A stretch of 63,930 bases of DNA, filler included, from Chiloscyllium plagiosum (lineage: Eukaryota), in NCBI RefSeq assembly GCF_004010195.1. It is 5 parts of one record of this genome, joined end to end, with 100 filler letters (N's around TTAATTAATTAA, not from the genome) between each part and the next. Parts side by side here need not be neighbours in the genome. Positions count along the whole stretch, not along the records: positions 49,158 to 61,915 come from NC_057710.1; 4 more parts are not named here. One strand, given 5' to 3'. Below, in pieces: positions 49,837 through 62,015 of the stretch. The position numbers and the translations under genes are program-made. Each line of letters starts with the position of its first letter. Position 1 is the stretch's first letter. The notes under the pieces were generated by a model. It had not been told where the DNA came from. It did not search any database and saw only the letters and a list, made by a program, of their open reading frames with translations.

Positions 49837-52209
49837 ACCATACCTGAATTTGTGCCTTGAGGGGAACAAGCCTTGTGGAGTCAAGGGAAGTTGCATGCTT
49901 CAGAATTCCTAGTTTCTAAACCAGTTTTGTACTCTCAATATACATCTGGCTAGTCCAGTTCAGTTTCAGTCAATAGTAACCCAGGACGTTGGTAGTGGGG
50001 GATTTAGCAATAGTCATTTTGAAATGGTTAAAACTCATCTTGTTGGAGGTGGTCATTGCCTGGCACTTGTATTATACAAACTGTATCATTCCTACTCAAT
50101 TATTGTTAAGTTCTTGCTGTATTTAGACAGACTGCCTCAGTATCTGAGGAATCATGAATCATGATGAACATTTCTCATTGCACAGTGAACATCGTTCCTT
50201 CTGACCTTATGACAGACGGAAGGTCATTGATGAAACTGCTGAAAATAGGTGGGTGTAGGACACCATCCTGATGAACTCCTGCAGAGTTGTCCCACAGCAG
50301 AGATGATTTTTTAAAAAAGATTTGTTTAATGGGATGTAAAAAGTCACCTTGGTCTTCCCAACATATGACCAGTGGTGATTTAACCCGAAGGGTCACCATG
50401 CCTCAGACAAGAGGAGAAGTCAAGTAGTAGAATCCTTCATATTAGCCTCAAAGTGCAGCCATTGAACCCTTGCTGTTGGCATCGCTGCATTGCAAACAAG
50501 CCATCCAACCAATTCAACTAAACTAACTCCTATGGGATGTAGACCTTGCTGACTAGGCCAACAATTATTGTCCATCCTGAGGTACCCTTAAGAAAGTGCT
50601 GGTGAGTTACCTTCTTAAGCCACTGCAGTCTATTTGATTTAGGTACCCTCAACAATCATCTTCGTCTGTGCTATGTATAACTCTCAGTGGTCAAATATTC
50701 ACACGTGTAACCTCCCACACTCTTCATTCTCACTGACTCCAGTTTTACTCAAATTCTTTGAGATCCTATTCAATCAAGTGTGCCTCGATAATAAGGGCAA
50801 TCACTCACTTCACCTCGAGAGTTCAGTTTTCTTCCAAAATTTATCCTGCTTTTTGTGGATGGTATATATCTGGACAAATTGCCATATTGCTAGATAAGCA
50901 TCAGCATTGTGGTAGCATTGGAATAATATGACCAAGGAAACGGTTGGTTCGGAAGCACATAGATGTTTATTTTAATGCCAAGAGACTCCAAAGAAAAAGT
51001 ACAGTTCAAAAGGATCTTGGCAATCCTGTGCAGGAAACACAAAGGGAACAAGTGCAGCAAATAATTAAGACAACAAATGAAAAGTTGGCCTCTGTTGCTA
51101 AGCATTTGGAATTTAAAAATAGGAAAGTCTTGTTACAACTGTACAGGATGTTGCTGAGGCCACACCCTGAGTATCGTGTATAGATTTGGTCCTGTACTTA
51201 ATAGAGTATATACTGGAAATCAGCCCGGTGAATCCAGTGTAAAGGGATTGATTTACCAAGAACAGCTGAACAGGAATCAATGAATACTTATTCAAAGGAG
51301 TTTAAAAGAAACTTCTTGAGACATACAAGATTCTGAGGGGGTTGGAAAGGGTAGAAGTTGAGAAGATGTTTCATTAGTAGGAAATCTTGATCTGGGAATA
51401 TTGTTCCAATACTCCGTGTCTCTCGAAAAACTGCGATGCAAAGGAATTTCTTCTCCTAGAAGCGGAGTGAGTGACTGGAATTCTCTACACAAAGTTGGGG
51501 AGGCTACATCACTGAAAGTATTTAAAGAGGTGACCAATAGAATTTTGAACGAGGTGGTGAGGGTATGAGGAGGCCACCTGAAAAAGTTGAGATCTGGGGC
51601 AGATCAGCTACGATCTTACTGAATGGTGGGGCAGGCTTGAAGGGATGAATATTCTACTCCTTTTTTCTGATGTTCAAAACCTATCCCATTTAGCATGGTG
51701 GTAGTACCACACATCACAATAGGAAAGCATTGTGGAGGTGAAGTCTCATCTTCAATGACTTAATGTGGTTACCCCTAGCCATACAAGTCATAGATAAAGA
51801 CATCAAAGACTGGGAGTTAGTGAGGATGAGGCCAAGTATATTTTTCCCTTTGTAGATTCACTCACCAAACACCTGAGACCCAGATCAGTAGCTCTTTCCT
51901 TTAGATCTCATCCAGCTCAGGTCAGTAATGATTTACCAAACCATTCTTGATCATAGGCATTGAAGTCCCCACCCAGAGAATATTCTGTGCTCTTGTTAAC
52001 CTCAGTACTTCTTCTAATTGGTGATCAACATGCAGGGATACTGGTGCATCATCTGAAAGGACTCCACCATCATATATTCTCCTGTTCCTTTACCCCACTA
52101 TTAATGGCTGTGAATTCAGTCACATAAGAATTGGAGTGAAACCTAAAACGTATACTCATCAGTGTCCGCCTTTAAACTCCTTCACACACAACACTCTCCT
52201 CTCCCCTTT

Positions 52210-52386
52210 AACAAAGCAGGAGCAGCTTACTGCGGATGCTGGAATCTGAACTGAAAATAAAAATGCTGGAGATCACAACAGGTCAGGCAGCAACCATGGA
52301 GAGACAGCAAACTAACATTTCAAGTCTAGATGACTCCATCAGCTCTGATGAAGTCATCTAGACTTGAAACGTTAGTTTGCTTTCTC
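52210..52386. mobile_element. Penelope terminal-repeat variant ending in an 86-bp fold-back of two hammerhead cores
   Basis: 52301-52342 and 52345-52386 are near-perfect reverse complements; CTGATGA-AGTC-ATCTA-GACT-TGAAACGTTA. Confidence 0.8.
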
Positions 52387-54479
52387 CCCCTTAAAGTTTT
52401 TGATCAGTACTCAATCTTCTAACTCAATGTGTTTTTCTTATTCTCCAGCAAAAGCACCGTGGAACATTTTCTATGTTAAAATGCATGATATTAATATATG
52501 TTGTTCATAAATTCTCTGCTAAATGGTCTTCTCTACATTATTATTACTGAGCATTAATAAGTCAGGACGTGTCTTGTTGCAATCTTTCAGAGTTTAAAGA
52601 CATTTTGTATCTTGGCAGTGAATTGACACTAACATTTTTCTTTGATGGTTTTCCAACATTGCATTTAAAATGCATGCCATACCGGGTTTTCAAAAATAGA
52701 TCAATCTACTTTAAAGGACCCTCACAAAATATTTTTCTTTGAAGTTTGTTTAAAACTTGTTCTTTATTTTTATAACTGTTGATGTGACATTTCACTCCCA
52801 GGTGGGCATGGTAGCAAAAAGACAATGCAATATCTGCAACACTGCAGTTTTGGAATAAAAGATTAGAAACTCTCAATTCCTGCAAAATAAAAATCAATAC
52901 CTATTTCTTCAGTACCTCTGATCCATTATAAACCAGCATCTTCAAAAAACAATGAAAAGCCTTCAGGGTTAATCTATTTGGATTCCAAAATATTCTGCTG
53001 TAAAAGAATGCCAGTTTAAAAATTCACTTTTTTTAAAAATAGTTCTCCCATTTCCAGACAAAGTCTAAATAGATAGCTCACTATTTCTTCAGCTTTATTT
53101 TATTCCCTCTACTGACCTCAATATTGATTGCATCTTGCCACATGGGTCTTAAATTGCTTGTGTCAAAATGCTCTAGCAAAAAGTGCAAACTGCAATCATT
53201 TTAGCAGCAATATGAAGAGATAAGATTTTTCATAAATGTCAATGAAACAAACTAATAATAAGATTGGATCACAGGAGTTTAGCTTAAAAGGTTTACATGT
53301 TTAACACTTACATTAATGTTGCATCGTTCAACTAACATTTCCCATTACTCTCTTTCATATCAAATAATAATACAAGTTATTGCAAGACAACAGTATCAAA
53401 ACCTTAGATCATGCAAGCCTGTTCAGAAAGCGATTCCTAGCATTCATATACAAATATGTCACTGGAATGCTTTGCACAATGCTTTACTGGGACTTGCTAC
53501 TATTACTGCATTCCTGCAAGAACAGGGCACCCTCAGGTCCATTCGTCAAGGCACTGGGTCAAGTTAGGGTGAACAGCCAGGAAGATTCATCATCAAGGCA
53601 GCCACTCCCTCAACATTTAACTAATGTATGACCACAACACAAGCTTGAACCACGTGTTCACACACCATCCTGACAGCTACATAAATTCCAGGCCATAATG
53701 GTTCTCTCTTGAATAGATGGCTATTCACTTCATTATACTGCTCTGATGCACAACCACAAAAGGTGTTACAGCTGAACGCACCTGCTCACATTGGCTAGTG
53801 GGCTCTGGAAATGTGGTTTTAGATGGTTGGACTGATTGACCTGCCCACTGCAGTCCACCACGGCAAGAATTTAGTGCATTGGTTCCACTACATGACACTC
53901 TAGATAGGTGTAGGCGTTCACTCTGGGTGAATATAACCGATTGAGAGAAGAAAAAGGAGATCACAGAACAACGTAAGGAGGAATCTGGGGCTTGCTCAGG
54001 AGTCAAAAGTTTTCATCGGGATTGTGTCAATGCCAGAGCATAGTTCACCCAAGTATCTCTCAACCAGTCGAACTGCATGCTTTGCAACTATTTCATCTAG
54101 CTCTGGTAACACCTTTGTCGAAGGGAACAAATCAAATAGACTCACTCTTACATAGTGCACATCAGGCCAGCAGTCTCAGTTTGCCCACAAATAGAACAAA
54201 ACTCTGAACTTCTCAGTGCTGTCACTCCTACACAATGTGCATCTTGTGACACTGGATGAGGTAACAGCAGCCTACTTGTGCCTGCTAACAGCATGTATGC
54301 ATCTGGTGATTACTTTGGCATGGGCTTGTATTCTGTGCATGTCAGATCACCATTCTTGCATCCACTCAGGGATATGCATATGGCTAGCTGTAGGGTTGGC
54401 TTCTCCCAAAATCCACTAGCCCAGCTATCCCATTGCCTCTGCATGGTCCTTCCCCACTGAACTAATTTCATCCTACCTT

Positions 54480-56995
54480 GACTTCACTCACTACCCACCT
54501 ACATCCAGGGCACCAACCACATCTTTCACCCCTTCAGAAATGTCCAGTTCTCCAGTTCCCAGCGCTTCATATGTACTATGGACGTGCAGTCCCTGGACAT
54601 ATTCACTCCCCACAAGGACAGCCTGCAAGCCCTTGGTTTCTTCCTCTTCAGTCCCTCTCCACCAGTACCTTCCTCCACCTTGCTGAATTACTCCATACCC
54701 ACAATAACCTTTCCTTCAACTCTTCCCATTTCCTCCAAATCCGGAGGGTGGCCATGACTACATGCACGGGCCCTAGTTACGCCTGCCTCTTTGTCGGCCA
54801 CACTGAACAGTCCATCTTCAGTACATACACAGCTACTGTTCCCAACCTCTTCCGCTTTTACATCGATGACTGCATCGGTACTGTGTCCTGAATCCAGGCT
54901 GAACTGGAGCAGTTTATCAACTTTGCCAACAACTTCCACCCTACCTTTAAATTCACTTGGTCTATCTCTGACCCCTTCCTTGACCTCCCCACTTCCATCT
55001 TCAGCAACAGCTTACAGACTGACATTTACTACAAACCCAGACTCCCATAACTACTTTGACTAAAAGTCCTCCCAACCCATATCCTGCAAAAAAATTCAAC
55101 CTGTTTTCCAAACTCCACCATATGCTGCATCTGCTCTGACGAGGAGACATTCCACTCCCTATCCTCCCAGCTGTCCACCTATTTCGAACAAAGTGCTTTT
55201 CCTCCCTTTATCATCCAGCCAGCCCTCCACCACACCTCCTCCATTCCCTATCTCACTGCTCTAAACCCCACCCCATTCAGACATAATAAATCCCTTGTCC
55301 TCACCTACCACTCACCAGTCTCCACATCCAAAGTATCATCCTCAAATAGTTCTGCCAGCTCCAGCTAGACACCACCACTAAGCACATCTGTCCCTTTCAG
55401 CCCTCTCTGCCTTCCACAAAGATCACTCCCATCATCACTCCTTGGCTCACGCTATCCTCCCTCCCTCACCTCACCCCCCCCTCACCCCAAATCTCCCAGT
55501 ACCTTCCCCGTTACCATAAAAGATGTAAAACCTGCCGGCACGCCAACCCCTCACCTCCATCCAGTGCCCCAAACAGTCCTTCCAAGTGAGACAGAGGGTC
55601 ACCTGCCTCTCCAACAACCTTGTTTACTGTATTCGGTGCTCCCAATGTGCCCTTCTCTACATCGGTGAGACCATATGTAAGGGCATATGTCACCAAGCAT
55701 CTCAGCCGGACCCATAAGGGCCAGCCTGACCTCCCGGTCACAGCCCATTTCAATTTCCCTTCCCACACCATCTCCGACATGACCATCCTTGGCCTCCTTC
55801 ATTGTCACAGTGATTCAGACCACACACTGGAGGAACAACATCTCATTTTCAACGTATGCAGCCTACAGCCTGAAGGATTCAACATTGAGCTCTCCAATTT
55901 CAAATAACCAACCCACCCCCCACACCCCCCTCCTCCCTTCCATCGCTCTGATAGATCCCTCCTTGCAGAGACCTACCGGATTCATTTTTCCTATTGACCT
56001 ATCAGGTCATATCTATCAGCTGTATTCACCCATCACCACCTCACCACTCCACACCTTTCCCCATCCACAATCCTCCCCTCCCCTTTTTTAATCTGTAACT
56101 CCCCCTACCCCCAACACCCATTCCTGAAGGGTTATACCTGATACTTTGCACTTCTCTTAAGAGGTACAGTTAGTAAGTTTGCAGATGACACCAAAATTGG
56201 AGGAGGTGTAGTGGACAGCGAAGAGGGTTACCTCAGATTACAATGGCCCATCTGGTCCAGGATCTGGGCCAGATGGGCCATTGGGCTGAGAAATGGCAGA
56301 TGGAGTTTAATTCAGATAAATGTGAGGTGCTGCATTTTAGGAAAGCAAATCTTAGTAGGACTTATACACTTAATGGTAAGGTCCTAGGGAGTGTTGCTGA
56401 ACAAAGAGTGAAACTTGAAAGGGTTCAGAAAAGATTTACAAGGATGTTTGCCAGGGATGGAGGATTTGAGCTATAGGGACAGGCTGAACAGGCTGGGGCT
56501 GTTTTCCCTGGAGTGTTGGAGGCTGAGGGATGACCTTATAGAGGTTTACAAAATTATGAGGGGCATGGATAGGATAAATAGACAAGTCTTTTCCCTGGTG
56601 TTGGAGAGTCCAGAACTAGAGGGCATAGGTTTAGGGTGAGAGGGGAAAGTTATAAAAGAGAACTAAGGGGCAACCTTTTCACACAGAGGGTGGTACGTGT
56701 ACGGAATGAGCTGCCAGATGATGTGGTGGAGGCTGGTACAATTGCCACATTTAAGAGGCATTTGGATGGGTATATGAATAGGAAGAGTTTAGAGGGATAT
56801 GGGCCGGGTGCTGGCAGATGGGATTAGATTGGGTTGGGATATCTGGTCGGCATGGACGGATTGGACTGAAGGGTCTGTTTCCATGCTGTACATCTCTATG
56901 ACTCTACCTCCTGATGCTGTCTGGTTTGCTGTGCTCTTCCAGCCTCCTGCCTGTCTACTTTGGATTCCAGCATCTGCAGATTTTTTGTTTCTCTC
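54480..56995 (+). mobile_element. Older Penelope-like element; terminal repeat split by a CR1 insertion
   Basis: VAM...GPSYACLFVG, FYIDDCIG, HFNFPSH...LEEQHLIF; terminal repeat at 56120-56156 resumes at ~56906. Confidence 0.85.
56157..56905 (+). mobile_element. CR1 3' fragment (from FADD to tail)
   Basis: SKFADDTKIG, WQMEFN, FTQRVVRV; TATGACTCT tail. Confidence 0.9.
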
Positions 56996-57479
56996 AATGA
57001 AGCAGCTCGAATGTTCAAAAGCTAAGCCATGGCAGCAAGCATGAGTGGAACAAACACCTCTATTCTCAGCCCATAATCCCACACTAGTTCAGACAACTTT
57101 GAAATGCAGACACATCACACTCAATGTAACACCCTCCATGCATATTATTCCAGAGGCCTACCATCTGCATCTGGCTGAGAATGGCTGTATTGTTCCTCCA
57201 CGTGAGGCAGGCTACAGCTGTCTCTGCCCTCCACCAGCTCCTTTACTTTTTGCCACAATTTCTACTCACAAAAGGGAGCTCACCAAACTGAGTGTATCTG
57301 TGCACTGGAGGGTGCACTCAAATGATACAACAGTTTTGCCGGCGTTTCCTCAGAGGCTGCTAGTGACACTGATGTTTTCCTACATGAGTGACCTTGTGGG
57401 AGGCTCAAATTGATCAGGAGAACTTGCCTTTGGCAGCAAAACCCTCTGCTAAGCGGAGGCTTCTCATTGCTGTTGGAGG

Positions 57480-58080
57480 AGCAGCATTGTACTGCACCTT
57501 GTGTACACTGATTACAAAATACTTTCATTCTCTCATCCAGTAACTCTTACCTCCCCATCACCCACCCGGGAGTTGTGTGCAGGCTCATTCTGGGGATTTC
57601 CATTACCACTTCCTAAACATAAGGATACAAGGTGGGGTCATCCTGTGCATACTCTCTCTGTTGCACACTGCACCATTTCTCTGGTGAGGTCAAAAGAAAC
57701 AAGGGCAAGACCAACCCCTCATCCTTCAACTTAGTTAAATAAGATGCAACATGCATCACTGCTGTCAGCTGCTCAACAGTGCCACAGCTCGAAGCCTTGC
57801 TCGATAGATCACTGATCACTTCAGCACAATTTTCCTACTTTCAGGAGCAGCACGCACCTTCAGGATACTCGGCTACCATAAATGCTGATAGCTGCTGATC
57901 TGGAGGTCTATAATCTGGGTGTTGATCTGCACTCACCCACCTTACCAAAGCAAAGACGCTCCTTAGATCTATGCAGTGTTTCAATCACACCTAATTCGCT
58001 TGGGAATACAGTCTTTGCCAGCCTTTCTCATACACAATCTCGAAGATAACCTCAAGGCTACATGAGTAAATGGTGGGTAG
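57480..58080 (-). mobile_element. Possible PIF/Harbinger transposase relic
   Basis: Weak minus-strand motifs FPSELGVIE, INTQI, AEYPEG, YNAA, in the order of HARBI1-type FPxxxGVID/NVQ/YPGS/YN. Confidence 0.35.
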
Positions 58081-58679
58081 TTCTTCCCGAAGGATAGGCC
58101 TCTGGTTTCTCTCCTGCTGATCTTGGCTTTACTGCTTTCTTCCTTTCAATAGTATATTTCCGTTGGGAGCAATTGAGTATCTCCTTAAACATCTGTCACT
58201 GACCTACTTTTTAATGTTTCCACCCCATCCACTAGGACCAGAATGGTCCTCATAGCAATATAATTACCCTTGACTTGTTTAACTTCAAAATGCTCATGAG
58301 GAACTCTGGTTTCTCACCCTCCAACTAAATTTAAACTTCTAGCATGCTATGATCATTCTTCTATAGAGAGATCCTTACTTTGAGTTTTTTTTAAATCCCA
58401 TCTCACTACACAATACCAACACAGAAATAGCACGCTCTCAAGTTAATTACTACAGATACACACAGTCCTCCCTGCGACGTAAACAGAGAAAGCTCCAGAC
58501 AGCGGCTGAGGGATGGAGGCCTGGCCCAGCTTTTAGACCTACACTGATTGGAGTCACTTCTCCATGGAAATCAAAAGACTGTTTGGAACATTTTTTTTTA
58601 AAAATCAATGCAAGTCCAGAATTTCCTGTAACCCATCTGACACCACCCTCTTCTTCTTGGCAGAAATTTATCATTGTCG

Positions 58680-59083
58680 CTTTTGTGGTGCAGGTCCAGA
58701 CAGGAACGTTGCAGAAAGATAGTGTGTCAGACGAGTGGACCCCTGGAATGGCAGTAGGGCAGTAGCTGCAGCAATGACAGAGCAGGGTCCCTTGGCCACG
58801 GCAGGCCAGGAGTATGGATTCCTTCGGTGTCGGGTCATCAACTGCAGCGGTGTCAGTGCCTGGAGAGGTGTGGGGGGGTGGTGCTGTGCTCCTGGCTGCA
58901 GTAGGCCTGGAACAGGGATCTTGCACAAGTTCTGGACCTGTGTTTGTGATCCCAGCCAATGAAGATGGACTATATTTACTTCCTGTTTTTTGTTTTGTAG
59001 CTCAAAATGATGCCAGATTGTGGCGACAGAATACTTTTCACTGCATCTCCCTAGATATATGTGACAATAAATCATTCATTCAA
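58680..59083 (+). mobile_element. Short element with Rex1-like 3' tail (related relic at ~40050-40320)
   Basis: Ends ATACTTTTCACTGCATC...GTGACAATAAATCATTCATTCA, as in 8061-8120 (minus); the body is GC-rich and non-coding; the 5' boundary is uncertain. Confidence 0.45.
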
Positions 59084-61194
59084 CATATTGCTTTGAGAAA
59101 GTAAGGACTGATGATGATGGAAATCATGATTCCTCATGAAGGGTTTATGCCCGAAACACCAATTCTCCTGCTCCTCAGATGCTGCCTGACCTATGTTTTT
59201 CCAGCACCACACTCTTGACCCCCATATTGTTTCAAGAGACAATCTCTAGTCCATTCAGTGAGCTTTCCCTTGAGAATACCTTTGCCAATTTGATAAATCC
59301 AGTCTATATGCATATTAAAATCAATGATGACTGCTATACTTTCTTGCAATCCCTAGTATTTCTTGGTTTACACTGCACCCCACTGTGGGACTACTGTTTT
59401 GGGACCTATAAATTACTCCCACTATAGGGACTTCTTTCCTTCTATTTTTCCTTTTCACCCAAACAGATTCTACACTGTTCATATAATTTCTCACAACAGC
59501 ATAGATCTCTTCCTTTACCAACAAAGTTTCCGAAACACTGGAGTACCCTTGGATATTGAGATCCAAACCTGGTCTCCCTGCAGTTATATCTTAGTGATGA
59601 TCACGCACTCATATTCTATACAGTCGCTATTTGCACTGTTCACTCATTAATTTTATTGTGAATGATTCGTTCATTTAGATAAAAAGCCTCGAAGATGTTA
59701 TTTTATTAAATTTCCCATACGTTTACAATTTCTTGGTACAATATGACATTTGTACACTTTATCTCTTCCTTTTCTGATAAAACTCAAACTCCTCACTTAT
59801 CTCCTCTCTCATCTTCTCTTCTAAGTTTGATTTTTCAAGTTTTTTAGTGACTGAACACTCTCCTTCAGTATTTAGTTTAAAGCCCTATCTACAGCCTGAG
59901 TTTTGTGATTCACCAGGACTCAGTTTGCTCCTCTATTGTCTTGGAGAAAGGGAAGATTGCAGATACTGGAATCAGTCAAAAAGTGTGGCACTGCTAAAGC
60001 ACAGCAGGTCAGGCAGCTCCTCGATTGCCTTAGCCTAGGCAGCATTCTCCTCTTTTGTAAATACTGATGAAAAATATTCACTTAACAGCTCATCCATGCC
60101 CCTGCTTCCATGTGAAAGTCCCCTTTCTGGTCTCTGATCAGCCCTACTTCTCTTTTAACCACTTAACTGTTTATATGTCTGTAGAAGACAGATTTCCTTT
60201 CATGTTAACTAATACTCTCTTCTCATTGTTCCTCTTCTGTTTTTTCACCTTCACCCTAAAGTTTCAGCATTTCTGTTGGTTCTCAATTGTGTTTTCTGCC
60301 TTACGTTCGTCATAGGTACACATTTCCTTTCTAAAAGTTAATTTCTACCTCCTTTGCCATCCAGGGATTTGTTCATCCTACCTTTTGAATTAGGGGGAAC
60401 CTTGACATTAACTTGAACGATCTGCTCTTTAAAAGTGGCCCACTATTTAGTGTTTTTCTCCCCACCAACACCTTATTATAATCAATCCTGCTTGGTTCTC
60501 TCAAGCCCTCTCAGAATCAGCTCTTTGCCAATTGTGTTTTCTTCCTCTGGATTAGTAAATGCCATTCTCCAACATCATCCTGAACCTTATCATACAATGA
60601 CCATTTGTCTCCTAAATGTGCCCCCAGTGACACTTGATTCACACGACAAACATCATTTCTGAGCACCATGTCAAACAATGCATCCTTTCTGGACTGACGC
60701 ATACTGCTGGAGGAAACACTTTCAAATACAATCATGGAACACTTCCTCTTTACACAACTAGTATACTAGTCTGTTTATGGGTACTTAAAGTCCCCCATTA
60801 TAATTATTCCATAATGTTGGAATGGTGCATAGAACTAGGCATGTTTGCTAAAACCACACAAGTGACAAACTGGCCAAGACCACAACTGGAATACTATGTA
60901 CAGTTTTGGAGCCCGTAATCAAAGAGAAGATGTACTGTCACTAGAGGCAATCCAAAGAAGGATCACTAAATATGGATGGACTGCCTTATAGGGAGACGTT
61001 GAGTAGGGTCGTTACTGATTGAAATACGGAAGAATGAGAGATGACCTTAATTAAATGCGTGGCAACAGCTGGAAACCCGGAGCAGGACTCAGATGATTGG
61101 AGATTAAGCCCAATGCGGGAAGACCAAGCCCAACACTGTGGTGAAGAATGTCCCCAGCTTCTGCAGCAGCATAAGAATATGCAGCCTGAAGTCT

Positions 61195-61725
61195 CCCCAA
61201 GAGCGAGCCAAAGTGGAGGAGATCAAGCCTTTGTAGGGACTGCAAGCCCAGCATGGCTAAGCAGTTAACTCCCCCTCCCACTCCACCGAGGATATGCAGG
61301 TCATTGGACTCATCCACCGCCAAACCACAACAACGCGACGGTCGGAGGAGGAGCGTCTTATCTTCCGACTGGGAACCCTCCAACCACAGGGGATGAACTT
61401 GGACTTCACCAGTTTCTTCATCCCCCCTCCCCCCACCTTGTCTCAGCCGAATCCCTCCAGCCCGGCACCGCCTTCCTGACCTGCAGTCTTCTTCTTGACC
61501 TCTCCGCCTCCATCCTACCCCGACCTATCACCCTCACCTTGACCTCTTTCCACCTATCACACTTCCAACGCCCCTCCTCCAAGTCCCTCCTCCCTACCTT
61601 TTATCTTCTCCTGCTGAACACTCTCTGCTCATTCCTGAAGAAGGGCATGTGCCCGAAACGTCGAATCTTCTGTTCCCTAGAAGCTGCCTGACCTGCTGTG
61701 CTGTTCCAGCAATAAAGTTTCAACT
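61195..61725 (+). mobile_element. Penelope-like element 3' end
   Basis: MQVIGL...RRSEEERLIFRLGTLQPQGMN, C-rich tract, terminal repeat with AATAAA. Confidence 0.88.
61631..61666 (+). ncRNA. Minimal type I hammerhead ribozyme (best-conserved copy)
   Basis: ATTC / CTGAAGA / A / GGGCA-TG-TGCCC / GAAA-CG-TC / GAAT; stem I ATTC:GAAT; predicted cleavage after C61662 (GUC). Confidence 0.8.
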
Positions 61726-61915
61726 TACTAACCTTGCCTTGTGCACTCTCGTCCAAATCATTGATATAGATAACAAACAGCAATGGGCCCAGCACCGACC
61801 CCTGAGGCACTCCACTAGTCACAGGCCTCCAATCCGACAAGCATACCTCCACCATAGCCATTTGCTTCCTAACACCAAGCCAACTGTGTCGCCAATTTGT
61901 CAGATTACCTTGGAG

Positions 61916-62015
61916 NNNNNNNNNNNNNNNNNNNNNNNNNNNNNNNNNNNNNNNNNNNNTTAATTAATTAANNNNNNNNNNNNNNNNNNNNNNNNNNNNN
62001 NNNNNNNNNNNNNNN
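61916..62015. other. Assembly gap N44-TTAATTAATTAA-N44
   Basis: Read directly. Confidence 0.98.

Noticed and set aside
53316..54460. Possible second Harbinger relic
   Set aside because: Only a weak ALHN-like motif; too degenerate to support
595..61725. Recurrent GCAGGTCAGGCAGCATCC repeat as a CRISPR-like array or a small-protein family (MLPDLLCFSS.../MCCWKS... ORFs)
   Set aside because: Dispersed, on both strands, TSD-flanked and attached to PLE 3' ends; the short ORFs are incidental translations
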